A DNA stretch of 64,000 nucleotides from Leptospirales bacterium (GCA_040326155.1 JBEQLE010000011.1:1-64000), one strand, 5' to 3'; shown: positions 1-10,305, counted from the first letter of the stretch. Notes: generated by a model not told the origin, from the letters alone. Translations and numbers: made by a program.

Positions 1-525
1 AATGCTTTTATACGCACCCATAAAATTATTATTAAATCAGCAGCCACCGGATATCGTAGCAGGGTAACCGAAGTCCCTTTAAGCGAGTTAATAGAAGACT
101 ATTCGGTTAGCTCCGGTGAAATACTACTACCAATTCAACTTGTTCCTCTGGTAGATGAAAAATTTGATGCGATTCCGCCAGGTTTCGACCTCATCGATAT
201 TGTCTATTTCGACACGAACGTTTCTGTAAAATTACGAGAAAGCGAAGAAGTAAAACTCGAATCTATAGCCGAAAAACTGATCAATTCAAAGGGTAAAATT
301 CAAATTCATGGTCATACCGATAACCGAGGTTCGTTGAAAAAAAATGACTCGCTTTCGAAAAAAAGAGCTCTGTATATTCAAAAAGCCCTTATAAAAGCCG
401 GCGTTCCCGAAGCCCGCATTAAGGTTCTTTGGCACAACTACTCCCTTCCGGCTGAGAAAGGCAGTACCGATAAAGAAAGAACAAAAAATAGACGAGTTGA
501 AATATTTCTCGAAAAACAAAAGTAA
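1..525 (+). CDS. OmpA C-terminal-domain (peptidoglycan-binding) protein, 5'-partial
   Basis: Frame 1 is open from the window edge; IVYFD..., GHTDNRGS...N..LS.KRA and NRRVEI motifs. Confidence 0.9.
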   Translation, partial: NAFIRTHKIIIKSAATGYRSRVTEVPLSELIEDYSVSSGEILLPIQLVPLVDEKFDAIPPGFDLIDIVYFDTNVSVKLRESEEVKLESIAEKLINSKGKIQIHGHTDNRGSLKKNDSLSKKRALYIQKALIKAGVPEARIKVLWHNYSLPAEKGSTDKERTKNRRVEIFLEKQK

Positions 526-535
526 TATAGCTAAA

Positions 536-940
536 ATGGATAAAGATTCACTCATACGATTTGACCAATACGCTTTAATTACTCGTCACCTGATTATGCC
601 GAATGAGTTAAACCCGAATCACAGTATTTTCGGGGGTCAACTTATAGCGTGGCTGGATAAAGATCTTTATATGTTTGTGTCGGGGCAACTTAAGTATAAG
701 AACATGGTTACGATCTCGATGAATAAAGTATACTTTAAGAACCCTGCCTACCTGGGTGAAGTAATTGAAATTTACGGAGCCATGTCGAGACTTCGTCGCA
801 GCAGTGTTACAGCGAGAGGTAGAGCGATTGCGGTTGATCCGGAAACGGAAGAACGCAGAACAATTATTGAATGTGAAATAACTTATGTTGCGGTGAATGA
901 AAAAGGAAAACCTCAGGGTGTTTTTAAAAACCTGATCTAA
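536..940 (+). CDS. Acyl-CoA thioesterase (hotdog fold)
   Basis: PNELNPNHSIFGGQLIAWLD and VTISMNKVYFKNP motifs; ATG at 536 chosen over the overlapping TTG. Confidence 0.85.
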   Translation: MDKDSLIRFDQYALITRHLIMPNELNPNHSIFGGQLIAWLDKDLYMFVSGQLKYKNMVTISMNKVYFKNPAYLGEVIEIYGAMSRLRRSSVTARGRAIAVDPETEERRTIIECEITYVAVNEKGKPQGVFKNLI

Positions 941-949
941 AACTTTATA

Positions 950-1804
950 ATGGCGTCGAATAAAAAAACAGACCAGAAAGAAAATCACCACGGACAAAGC
1001 AGGCTGGCCCACTGGGTTCACATTGTTATCTTTGAAGCGGACACAAAAGCAGGAAGAGTTTTCGACCTTTCGTTAATGTGGGCAATACTCGCCAGCTTAA
1101 TTGTTGTTATGCTCGATAGCATAAAAGCAATACACGAAAAAGTAGAAATTATATTATACACCGCTGAGTGGTTTTTCACAATTCTATTTACCATCGAATA
1201 TCTATTGCGTGTGTATTCGGTGAAACGCCCTCTTAAATATATATTCAGTTTTTTTGGAATAGTCGACCTTCTCTCCCTGATACCAACCTATCTGAGTATT
1301 TTTATTGTAGGTTCTCAGTATTTAATGGTCATTCGAACAGTCAGACTGCTGCGAATTTTCAGAATATTTAAATTAGCCCGTCACTTAAACGAAGCCAGAG
1401 TTCTCTACGCAGCGCTGCGAACAGCTCGGCATAAGATCGTGGTATTTCTACTTGTAATTCTTTCCATGGTGACCATCATGGGGGCGGTTATGTACCAGGT
1501 CGAAGGGGCAGAAAACGGTTTTACCAGCATCCCGAGGTCCATGTATTGGGCCATTGTCACAATGACGACTGTGGGTTATGGAGACATTGCCCCCAAAACA
1601 GTACTTGGCCAGTTCATATCTTCTATAGTAATGATACTTGGTTATGCCATTATAGCCATTCCTACGGGAATCGTTTCCGCCGAATTAAGCACAATAAAAC
1701 GTGATGAAATTAATACCAGAACCTGTGCAAATTGTTCCCTCGAAGGTCATGACACCAATGCGGAATATTGTAAATTCTGCGGGGAACAACTCGACGCCAA
1801 GTAA
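950..1804 (+). CDS. Voltage-gated K+ channel family ion transporter with C-terminal Cys cluster
   Basis: S4 RTVRLLRIFRIFK, selectivity filter TMTTVGYGD, CANC...CKFC tail. Confidence 0.95.
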   Translation: MASNKKTDQKENHHGQSRLAHWVHIVIFEADTKAGRVFDLSLMWAILASLIVVMLDSIKAIHEKVEIILYTAEWFFTILFTIEYLLRVYSVKRPLKYIFSFFGIVDLLSLIPTYLSIFIVGSQYLMVIRTVRLLRIFRIFKLARHLNEARVLYAALRTARHKIVVFLLVILSMVTIMGAVMYQVEGAENGFTSIPRSMYWAIVTMTTVGYGDIAPKTVLGQFISSIVMILGYAIIAIPTGIVSAELSTIKRDEINTRTCANCSLEGHDTNAEYCKFCGEQLDAK

Positions 1805-1806
1805 AC

Positions 1807-2811
1807 TCAATACAATTTTTCACGAACCGGATTATTATCGCGAATTTCGGCAAATAAAACTTTACGCGATGTTTCAGGAGCATCTAAAAATTTAAAAATA
1901 AATTTGTCTGGTTCTAGTTTAGATTTTACCATCATTCCACGGCAACTAAATTTAAAACCACTGGCAAGGGTAAAAGAGGAAAGCCATAACTCATTTCTAC
2001 GGGCCAGGAACTCAACTTCATCTTTATATCTTGCATTAAACAGTACCGCGCGATCTGAAATTTTAATACTCTCGCCTTCTACTGTGTTGGTCTTACTTTT
2101 TTTAGCATCCACCGGCCAGGGAACAAACTTCACAGGAACTTTCAACTCAGCCATAAAGTGGTGTTCACCTTTTTCTTTTATTTGCCCGGTATAGTGAATA
2201 ATTGTTGCATCCTCGCCAATCTCTTTCAAAATACCCGATAGCAAAAAGCCTCCCATCAGGGGACGAAAAACATATACGCTTACCGCTTCTTCAGGCAGGT
2301 GGTTTTCAGCAATGAAATCTTCAACGTGCAATAAAAAATCAGTTTGAGTCTTCTTCATTACGGTAGCCAGATAATTTGCATTCATGGTTTCCAGAGCGCA
2401 CATTTCACCAGGGTAAAGATCTTCCAGAGACTCAACCTCCATTTCATGCCCTTTACTGGGAAAAAGTTTATCGGTAATTGTGACTATAAGTTCGGGGGAG
2501 TCTTTTTGAGTATTACGCAGGTGCGGTACAATTTGTTCACGAAAGGTTTTTTTCGAATCGAGAATTTCCAGTTTCCCCTCTTCGCTGAGTCCATTAAAAA
2601 ACTTTTTAATAAGATTTATTTCTGGTGTAATAAGATTATGCCTGTTTAAATACGTTTGCATAATATGCCAACGCGCTTCATCGCGGCCGTCATCTTTTAG
2701 CTTCTCTCGAATAATTACAAAAAAACCATATAGCAGAAGGAAAAAAATTACCAGAGCGACAAACGCCCATCCAGTAGCTTCGGGCCAGTTTACATAAGTT
2801 TTTAATAGCAT
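1807..2811 (-). CDS. Membrane-anchored hypothetical protein, possibly a degenerate YcgR/PilZ-type protein
   Basis: N-terminal TM helix followed by helical and beta-rich domains; canonical PilZ motifs absent. Confidence 0.6.
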   Translation of the reverse strand: MLLKTYVNWPEATGWAFVALVIFFLLLYGFFVIIREKLKDDGRDEARWHIMQTYLNRHNLITPEINLIKKFFNGLSEEGKLEILDSKKTFREQIVPHLRNTQKDSPELIVTITDKLFPSKGHEMEVESLEDLYPGEMCALETMNANYLATVMKKTQTDFLLHVEDFIAENHLPEEAVSVYVFRPLMGGFLLSGILKEIGEDATIIHYTGQIKEKGEHHFMAELKVPVKFVPWPVDAKKSKTNTVEGESIKISDRAVLFNARYKDEVEFLARRNELWLSSFTLASGFKFSCRGMMVKSKLEPDKFIFKFLDAPETSRKVLFAEIRDNNPVREKLY

Positions 2812-2878
2812 TTATAGTATCCGATTATAATACCAGCTTTCAAAAAACGGTATTATATATGTATAGACTCTAAATACA

Positions 2879-2906
2879 ATATCGACAAAAAAAACCGGTT
2901 AGTTTA
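2879..2906 (-). promoter_or_regulatory. Sigma28 (FliA)-like promoter
   Basis: Minus strand TAAA-N16-GTCGATAT about 70 bp upstream of the 2811 start. Confidence 0.4.
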
Positions 2907-2937
2907 TCAGCAAAGGGCTTAAATGGAACAATTTTTC

Positions 2938-3615
2938 TTAATCTATAGCAACAAGAATATAAGTCGCATCGTCGGAATTATGTAAAGCCAGGTCATTGTG
3001 TATAGTTTTTTTAATAGAAACGTCACTCTCGATAAAAGCGCTTTGTAAATAGTCAAGCAGACGATCTTCCAGAACCGGGTAAAAACCATCGGTGCAGAGT
3101 AAAAACCCCTCACCTGAAATAGCCTCAATCTCTTTTTCGTAAAAATCTGTATCTTCGATCTTTTCCATACCGAGACATTTTGTTAATACGTGTGGCGAAT
3201 CGGGTAAGTTATGATCGGTGGTCTTCAAAGTCAAATTCCCATTTGCATATTTATAAATTCGTGAATCGCCAAGATGAGAATATTTCGCTGGTTTGTTTAT
3301 ATCGCGCGGCAGGTAAAGCGCGCAAACCGTTGTATACATTCCCTCTTGTCCGCTCGAACATAACAAATCGTGCATTTCGTGCAGGGCTTCTTTCAACGAA
3401 TAATCGTCATTATGAAAATAGGCGCGATGGTTTTCTTCCATGGCTTTTATTATTTTGTTAACTCCAAGCAACGAGTTTTCGTAACTACTGACCCCATCGA
3501 AAAGAAAAAACAGAACATAGTCCGCATCTTCAATAACAGTAAGCCCGTCTCGATTCTCTGGTCTTTGAAACCCTTTCGTAGAGTCAGAAATAATATTTAG
3601 TTTTCTAGTTTGCAT
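2938..3615 (-). CDS. PP2C/PPM-family protein phosphatase
   Basis: RPENRD, FDGVS, HLGDSRIY, LLCTDGF and DDAT motifs. Confidence 0.9.
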   Translation of the reverse strand: MQTRKLNIISDSTKGFQRPENRDGLTVIEDADYVLFFLFDGVSSYENSLLGVNKIIKAMEENHRAYFHNDDYSLKEALHEMHDLLCSSGQEGMYTTVCALYLPRDINKPAKYSHLGDSRIYKYANGNLTLKTTDHNLPDSPHVLTKCLGMEKIEDTDFYEKEIEAISGEGFLLCTDGFYPVLEDRLLDYLQSAFIESDVSIKKTIHNDLALHNSDDATYILVAID

Positions 3616-3629
3616 TTTCGTTTTTCATT

Positions 3630-4298
3630 TCATTTTAATTCAATGGGCGCCACATGAGTTTTATCGTTTCCAATTTTTTCCAACGCAACCGCAGCCATCT
3701 GCCCTGCCGCAGTTTCCGGTAATATCCGCTCAATTGTTTCCGCATCGCTGTTTTCAGGGTTCAACCACTCTTCCCAGTACTGCTTTTGCAGTATCGCGGG
3801 CTGTCGAAAAGGATTTTTACCCCTGTTATGAATTTTTTCCATAAACGAATTAGCCTTCATTGTAACAATAGAAACAACATTAATTTTTTCCCCTTCTGTT
3901 TCTCCGGCTTGAGAAAAACGAAGCCCGGCCATTGCAAAAAAAGAGTCGTCTTTTGGATATATTTTCCATGGAACTGTTTTTCCATTTTGATCTTGCCATT
4001 CATAAAAAAAACTGGCCGGAACTATACATCGACTAAATAACGCCGACTTTTTTGAATAAGAAGAATGGAACATATTTTCTAAACGTGTATTAATAATAAA
4101 ATGTTTCGCCCAGGAAGGATGATACCCCCATTTGAACATACGTAAACGATTTAACCCGCCTTCCTTCTGAATAACCGGCACAACTTCTGTAGGTCGAATA
4201 TCATACCTCGGTTTTAACTCTTCGGAAGAATAACTTCCAAGACTGAAAGCATCGACATAATCTTCCGCCTCAAGAGAAACACCATACCTGCCGCACAT
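3630..4298 (-). CDS. SOS response-associated peptidase (SRAP/YedK family)
   Basis: N-terminal MCGRY, INTRLE, RCIVPASFFYEW, IH...RQPAIL. Confidence 0.93.
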   Translation of the reverse strand: MCGRYGVSLEAEDYVDAFSLGSYSSEELKPRYDIRPTEVVPVIQKEGGLNRLRMFKWGYHPSWAKHFIINTRLENMFHSSYSKKSALFSRCIVPASFFYEWQDQNGKTVPWKIYPKDDSFFAMAGLRFSQAGETEGEKINVVSIVTMKANSFMEKIHNRGKNPFRQPAILQKQYWEEWLNPENSDAETIERILPETAAGQMAAVALEKIGNDKTHVAPIELK

Positions 4299-4483
4299 AG
4301 AAACATCATTTTACCGGACCCCGTAACGCAAAGGAGAATTTAAAAGTTTATTTACAAAAAAATCCTACGACCTGGAAATCCACAATAAAACAAAGGGGTG
4401 GCCTACCGGAAGGTGCAATGGTGACTCCTCAGAAGTCTTTGCCGGAAAAGCCTTTTTGAGGGTACTTTCGGGAACCTCCAAAA

Positions 4484-5647
4484 TTAAGGAGTGGAAGCCG
4501 AGGAATCGGGATCGGTTTCAGAACTGTTTTCTTGGTAGTCGACCCTGTAGTATTCTTTGTTCAAACCCAGGTATCTCTGAAAAGCGCCTTTGTCTTTCAT
4601 GATATTTTCAGAAAGTTTCCGGATGGGAATTTTTCCGATGTCCTGGCAGTAGTTTTTATATTTCTTCCCGGTAGGTTGTCGATTTGCAAGGTCGACCTCT
4701 GGAACCATTTCGCCTTCTTTATATTTGTCATGCCCCCTTTTGTCAGTCACTTTGATATTGCCCGAAATGCCGACATTGCCCTTTGTGTCGACGATCAGAA
4801 CTTTTACATATTTACTTCGGTGGGCGTTAATCCTGAAATCCTTCCTCTCAATATATCGATCGAAAGATCCTTTGTAGCTCATGCCGATGGTGGTGACTTT
4901 ATACGGCGGAACAAAAACCTGATCAGGGTCTTCGACCTCCCCTTTGAGACAAGCCACATGAGGAAAAGGCGAATCAAAATTCCACCAGGTCATGCCATCG
5001 ATGGCGTAAACACGAACCCCGATGGATGAGGACTCCCCGTCCACCGGGTTTGTCTGAGTCATCAGCTCCTGGTTATGACCGTGCTTTTCCCACTGTCCGC
5101 TTTTGTTCATTTTGTAAACGAAAAACTCATCACCAGGAACGATATCGGGAAACTGAACATCGATCTTTTTGCCGGGCGCAAGTTCGAGTTCTTGTCCCCG
5201 TGACTGGGCGCTGACATGGAACATCCCCGCCGATTGCAAATAAACCCGTTGGCCGTTTTCATCAACGGTCGACAAATCGACCCCCGAAGTCACAAAGTCA
5301 AAATCATCGATAACCTCTTTAACCTTAAACTCGACGTTACCGGTAACTCTCTTTCCATTGGGAAAAACAAACGCATTCTCCGGAATCAAAAAACGCGACC
5401 CCCGCGAAGCGGTAACTTCACCCACCTTCTCCGCCGAAATAATAAACTTGCTTTCAGTAGGACGCATGCGGGCCAACACATCGCCAAGCTTTGCATCAGA
5501 GTAATCAAGGATGCCGTGCTCCAAAATTTTTTGCTCTCGCTTAGTCTGGGCAAAAACAGAACAGCCCCACAACAAAGACAACAAAGCGGTAACCGAAACG
5601 ACGACGGCCCAAATTTTTTTAGCCGATTCACAGTGATCTACTTTCAT
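4484..5647 (-). CDS. Secreted or lipoprotein hypothetical protein
   Basis: Long ORF with hydrophobic leader ending LWGC; LQSAGMF beta-rich domain; GAGGAG upstream of ATG 5647. Confidence 0.75.
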   Translation of the reverse strand: MKVDHCESAKKIWAVVVSVTALLSLLWGCSVFAQTKREQKILEHGILDYSDAKLGDVLARMRPTESKFIISAEKVGEVTASRGSRFLIPENAFVFPNGKRVTGNVEFKVKEVIDDFDFVTSGVDLSTVDENGQRVYLQSAGMFHVSAQSRGQELELAPGKKIDVQFPDIVPGDEFFVYKMNKSGQWEKHGHNQELMTQTNPVDGESSSIGVRVYAIDGMTWWNFDSPFPHVACLKGEVEDPDQVFVPPYKVTTIGMSYKGSFDRYIERKDFRINAHRSKYVKVLIVDTKGNVGISGNIKVTDKRGHDKYKEGEMVPEVDLANRQPTGKKYKNYCQDIGKIPIRKLSENIMKDKGAFQRYLGLNKEYYRVDYQENSSETDPDSSASTP

Positions 5648-5869
5648 TGTACAATTATTCAGGCTCCTCGTAGAACTACAAGTATTTTTACAAAGGGGGT
5701 CGCAAACCAAAGGGGGTGGCGAAAAACCGCCGGGCTGAGGCGGGTTGCAGCCAGGGGGAGCAACTATTTACATTCGGTGTTTAATTCCGTTTTCCCCCTC
5801 CTTAACATTGCACACAAGTCGGCAAATATGGCTCTTGACGAGGTGTCTTTCTACACCGGTTATGCCTTT

Positions 5870-8677
5870 ATGAGTGACGAATCTGGAAAAAGTAAAAAAG
5901 AGAAAAACCCATGGTCGCAGAGTATTCATCTGCCGCAGACTGAGTTTCCTATGCGAGCGCAGTTGCCGATGCGGGAACCTGGAATTATTGAGTTCTGGGA
6001 AAACAATAAAATATATAATCGAATACTGGACAAACGTAAGGCTGAAAATGCGAAGCCTTTTATTTTGCATGACGGGCCTCCTTATGCGAATGGAAACTTT
6101 CATGTCGGGCACGCCTTGAATAAAATTTTAAAAGATATGATAAATAAGTACCACTTATTACAGGGAAAATATGTACCCTACGTTCCCGGTTGGGATTGTC
6201 ACGGCCTGCCTATTGAACTTGCTGCGCTAAAAAAACTTGCCAACCGAAAAAAAGGCGAAGACAAAGACCCTCAGAAGGTTCGCGCTGCGTGTCGTAAATA
6301 CGCCGCTGAATTTATACAAATTCAGGCTAACGACCAGAGCCGGTTCGGAGTTCTATGGGACAACACCGGAATTGAAGATACCGCGAAGCCAGAACAAACT
6401 GGTCATAAAAATTTCTATTATACTATGAGCGCCGACTATGAGTCTAATATTCTGCGTGCATTTCGAAACCTGTTTGAAAAAGGGTATATCTACAAAGGTA
6501 AAAAACCCGTTTACTGGGACACCAAAGCGCAGACAGCGATGGCCGAAGCCGAGGTCGAATATGAGAATCATACCTCCCCTTCTATTTACGTAAAATTTCC
6601 TGTAAAAAACAAGGAAGCATTTTCAGATCGAAAGTTATCTCCGGAGGGAGTCGTAATCTGGACCACAACGCCCTGGACCATACCGGCCAACCTCGCTCTT
6701 TGTTTTCACCCCGACCTTCCCTACTCAGTGTACAAAACCGACAAGGGCAACCTCGTTATAGCCGACGGCCTCGAAGAGAGCTTTTTCGAGGTGACCGGGA
6801 TTTCTTTTAGCGATAAAGAATCGATTACTAAAGCAGAAATAGAGACCATCGAAGCTTCGCACCCGTTTATAAACCGCAATTCTAAAATAGTTTTTGGCAA
6901 CCATGTTACACTCGAAGCTGGAACCGGAGTTGTGCACACTGCCCCCGGCCACGGACAAGACGACTATAGAACCGGTTTAGAATACGACCTGGAACCCTAT
7001 TCTCCGGTCGACCACCGAGGTCGTTACACTTCTGAATTTCCCGAAATGGAAGGCGACTATGTGTTTGACGCGAACCCGAAAATTGTCGAACTACTAAAAG
7101 AAAAAGAGGCTTTGCTGGGATATGCTGAGATTGAACACTCCTATCCCCACTCCTGGCGTTCTCACTCACCACTAATTTTTCGAGCCACCCCGCAGTGGTT
7201 TTTAGGTGTAGAAGATCTGCGTAAAAAAGCGATGGAAGAAGCCGGCAAAGTCAAATGGATTCCCTCATGGGGGCAAAACCGCTTTGAGTCGATGCTCGAA
7301 AATCGTCCCGACTGGTGTCTTTCGCGCCAACGCGCCTGGGGAGTTCCCATTCCTTCTTTTGCATGCGAAAAATGCGGGGCCACTCATATGGACCTGCAAT
7401 CTCTCGACCACATTGTTGCTATCGTCGAAAAAGAGGGTATTGAAGTCTGGTTTGAACGCGAAGCTTCGCAACTTCTACCACAGGGCGCAAAATGTGGCGA
7501 ATGTGGCGGCGAGACTTTTGCAAAAGAGAATGATATTTTAGATGTATGGTTTGACAGCGGTGTAAGCTGGTACTCGGTTTTGCAGCAAAACGAAAACCTC
7601 AGTTTTCCCGCCGACTTGTACCTCGAAGGTTCCGACCAACACCGAGGATGGTTTCAAAGCAGTCTCTGGCCTTCGCTTGCCCTGAACGATACGCCTCCCT
7701 ATAAAACCGTTTTAACGCATGGTTACGTACTCGACTCCAATGGGAAAGCGATGAGCAAGTCGAAAGGAAATGTAATTTCACCCGTTAAAGATATTATTCC
7801 GAAATACGGTGCCGATATCCTGCGTTTGTGGGTCTCTTCCGAAGACTACAAAACCGACAACCGCATTAGTCTCGATATGATGGACCTGTTATCTGATAGT
7901 TATCGTAAAATACGAAATACCTTTCGCTATATGCTTGGTAATTTAAATGATCTTAAAGAGGTAAAGACTTCGCCAGAGAATATTACCGAAGAGATTGATC
8001 ACTGGATTCTACATGAATTGGCTCTGCTCGAAGAAAAAATAATAAATGCCTTCGAAAACTCTGAATTTCATCAGGTTTACCACCGAATTCTTTCTTTTTG
8101 TACAATTTCTCTTTCGAATACCTATTTCGACATTGTCAGAGATCGTTTATACTGTGACGGTACACCCGAAAACCGCGATAAAGATCACTCGAATAAACAA
8201 AAAAGAGAGTCTTCGCTTGCGACGTTGCAGGTTATACTCGACCGCCTGGTTGTCTGGATAGCCCCTGTGTTAAGTTTTACTTCAGAAGAAATTTACCAGC
8301 TGCTTCACCCCGGTAATTCTGTGTTTGAAGTTGTCTGGCCCTCAGCCTCGCCATGGAAAAACCCCGAGCTTGGCGCTCGTTTTGAACCGGTGTGGAAAGT
8401 CAAAGACGAGGTAAACGGTGTTCTGGAGCAATCCCGCACATCCGGTGAAATTCGCTCCTCGCTCGAAGCCAGAGTGTCTATACCGAAAACAACTGCCGAA
8501 GCCTTGAAAATGACCAATGACGAACTTGCTTTTTACCTGGTGGTTTCAGAAGTCGAAACGGGAGCAGATACTATTTCAGCTGTAAAGTCAAACCTTGAGA
8601 AATGCCCCAGATGCTGGGTATTCAAAAAACTTGAAAAAGATGGTCTATGCCCCCGGTGCTCCGAAGTTGTAAGTTGA
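5870..8677 (+). CDS. ileS: Isoleucine--tRNA ligase (type 1)
   Basis: LHDGPPYANG, HVGH, PGWDCHGLPIE, GTGVVHTAPGHG, AMSKS and C-terminal CPRC zinc finger; start placed at ATG 5870. Confidence 0.98.
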   Translation: MSDESGKSKKEKNPWSQSIHLPQTEFPMRAQLPMREPGIIEFWENNKIYNRILDKRKAENAKPFILHDGPPYANGNFHVGHALNKILKDMINKYHLLQGKYVPYVPGWDCHGLPIELAALKKLANRKKGEDKDPQKVRAACRKYAAEFIQIQANDQSRFGVLWDNTGIEDTAKPEQTGHKNFYYTMSADYESNILRAFRNLFEKGYIYKGKKPVYWDTKAQTAMAEAEVEYENHTSPSIYVKFPVKNKEAFSDRKLSPEGVVIWTTTPWTIPANLALCFHPDLPYSVYKTDKGNLVIADGLEESFFEVTGISFSDKESITKAEIETIEASHPFINRNSKIVFGNHVTLEAGTGVVHTAPGHGQDDYRTGLEYDLEPYSPVDHRGRYTSEFPEMEGDYVFDANPKIVELLKEKEALLGYAEIEHSYPHSWRSHSPLIFRATPQWFLGVEDLRKKAMEEAGKVKWIPSWGQNRFESMLENRPDWCLSRQRAWGVPIPSFACEKCGATHMDLQSLDHIVAIVEKEGIEVWFEREASQLLPQGAKCGECGGETFAKENDILDVWFDSGVSWYSVLQQNENLSFPADLYLEGSDQHRGWFQSSLWPSLALNDTPPYKTVLTHGYVLDSNGKAMSKSKGNVISPVKDIIPKYGADILRLWVSSEDYKTDNRISLDMMDLLSDSYRKIRNTFRYMLGNLNDLKEVKTSPENITEEIDHWILHELALLEEKIINAFENSEFHQVYHRILSFCTISLSNTYFDIVRDRLYCDGTPENRDKDHSNKQKRESSLATLQVILDRLVVWIAPVLSFTSEEIYQLLHPGNSVFEVVWPSASPWKNPELGARFEPVWKVKDEVNGVLEQSRTSGEIRSSLEARVSIPKTTAEALKMTNDELAFYLVVSEVETGADTISAVKSNLEKCPRCWVFKKLEKDGLCPRCSEVVS

Positions 8678-9316
8678 TTACTTAGAAACCCACTTACTAT
8701 CGTCCAGTTGTATATACTCCCCTTTAAGAGCGGCGTCGTGGTATATTTCTTTATAATGTTCTTTCAGCTGCTTTCGGTCGGGCTGGTAGGACGGTTTTAC
8801 CCTTTTTTGGTTTAAAATATAGCCTTCTATAATATAACTACGCGCAATATTAATTTGCTTTATCGTATTTTCTAGCATTCGGTGGGCTCTTTCTTGCACT
8901 CGATCTTCGGAATTTTTTTTATATTTTTCCCGAATTTCGTCGCTAAGTTCCACCTGCGAGACATTCAGAAGGTTTGTCAATAAACCATCGTTATTTTCGC
9001 CAACGACCCGATCTCGCTTGAGTTCACTTAGCTCATCGCTGAAAGCATCCATAATGGAAAAGGCTCGGTACATATACCGGTTTTCCTGTTCCACTTGCCG
9101 AAGTTCATCGGCGCTCTCACCTTCTTCAATATCCACTTCACTGGTGGTTTTCGCTGAAGAGATCATCCAGACATCTTCTTCGAGTTCACTCTCTTCGCCA
9201 ATAATCTGCTTTTCAGTAGCAGTTTTTGAACCTGTAAATGTAATGGGCGGGATTACCACACTGCAATGGGTCGCAAAAAAAACTGTAAATATAAAAATAA
9301 CCATGGTAATCTTCAT
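8678..9316 (-). CDS. DUF1318/YdbL-like lipoprotein
   Basis: Lipoprotein-like leader (ATHC), VGENNDGLL and GEYIQ...W motifs. Confidence 0.65.
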   Translation of the reverse strand: MKITMVIFIFTVFFATHCSVVIPPITFTGSKTATEKQIIGEESELEEDVWMISSAKTTSEVDIEEGESADELRQVEQENRYMYRAFSIMDAFSDELSELKRDRVVGENNDGLLTNLLNVSQVELSDEIREKYKKNSEDRVQERAHRMLENTIKQINIARSYIIEGYILNQKRVKPSYQPDRKQLKEHYKEIYHDAALKGEYIQLDDSKWVSK

Positions 9317-9474
9317 AAACTCTCCTCTTTCAAATCTGAAACAAACTCAAACGGCAAAAAAACAATTTGCCATTTGATGTTAAAATGCTAATTAATGAAC
9401 AAATTGACAATTATTATTCTTGCTTTCCGTATTGAATTTCGTTATATTGACCGATATTATTAAAAGAGGTAATT

Positions 9475-9945
9475 ATGGCAAAGAAAATTCAAACTTTCGA
9501 AGAATATGAAAAACAGACGATCAGTGCAGCCGAATTTTTTAACAAAAAAGAGTATAATAAAGCTCTTGAACAATTTTTGCTCCTGTCCGAATATAATTAT
9601 GACAATTTCAAAGTTCATGAAACAATTTCCGTCATCTATTTAAAACTCGATCGGGTAGAAGAAGCCCAGAAAGAGTATGATATCGTTATTGAACTGATGA
9701 AAAAGCAAAATATTAACCTTTCTGAAACCCGCTCTTTTGCTGAAATAATCAATGAATTTGAAGATATTGAAACACTTCAAGGTAAATATGAAGACCTGAC
9801 AGCAAACGAAGAAAGCAAAGAGACAGAAAAGAAGAGTACCAGACTTCCCATTCAAATTGGTATGCAATTTATGGCTCAAGGTGAATATGAAAAAGCAATT
9901 GAATTTTTAAACGCCCATAAGGAAAAATATTTTGTTACTCCGTAA
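9475..9945 (+). CDS. TPR-like helical repeat protein
   Basis: TPR-type patterns (KEYNKALEQF, GEYEKAIEFL); AGAGG RBS. Confidence 0.75.
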   Translation: MAKKIQTFEEYEKQTISAAEFFNKKEYNKALEQFLLLSEYNYDNFKVHETISVIYLKLDRVEEAQKEYDIVIELMKKQNINLSETRSFAEIINEFEDIETLQGKYEDLTANEESKETEKKSTRLPIQIGMQFMAQGEYEKAIEFLNAHKEKYFVTP

Positions 9946-9987
9946 TTATTTCATTAGATTGAAGTATATAAACTACGGAATAACATT

Positions 9988-10305
9988 ATGCAGGGCAGAT
10001 ATTATAACATACAACGAGCTACGCAAGCCCAGATACAACACTTAAAATATGTAAAAGAACTATTATTACAAGGGTATAAAGTTTTCGAAGTCGAGCAGGC
10101 AAAAGGCGATCTCATCCCTTATCACAGCCACTCCCATAAAGAAATTATTATAGTTACCTCCGGAAAATTACGAATGATTGTTGAAGAAAACATAATAGAC
10201 CTCGACGAGGGGGAAATTATAACTATTGAACCTTGGGCAATACACTTATCGTGTTATCCATTTGATGGCGGTTCAAGCTTTTACCTCTGCTTTCCACCTA
10301 AATAA
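9988..10305 (+). CDS. Cupin domain protein
   Basis: PYHSHSHKE...SG and GE.I.IEPWAIH cupin motifs. Confidence 0.88.
   Translation: MQGRYYNIQRATQAQIQHLKYVKELLLQGYKVFEVEQAKGDLIPYHSHSHKEIIIVTSGKLRMIVEENIIDLDEGEIITIEPWAIHLSCYPFDGGSSFYLCFPPK

Noticed and set aside
4400..4430. SRP (4.5S) RNA suggested by CCGGAAGG
   Set aside because: The conserved CAGG and AGCAG internal-loop sequences are missing
5700..5765. T-box or c-di-GMP-I riboswitch upstream of ileS
   Set aside because: GGGTGGCGAAAAACC does not fit the UGGNACC bulge and no specifier stem is seen; GCAAACC is present but the GNRA/receptor architecture is not
5216..5869. 218-aa N-terminal extension of IleRS in the 1153-aa ORF
   Set aside because: Mostly antisense to the real gene at 4484-5647; IleRS similarity begins only after ATG 5870
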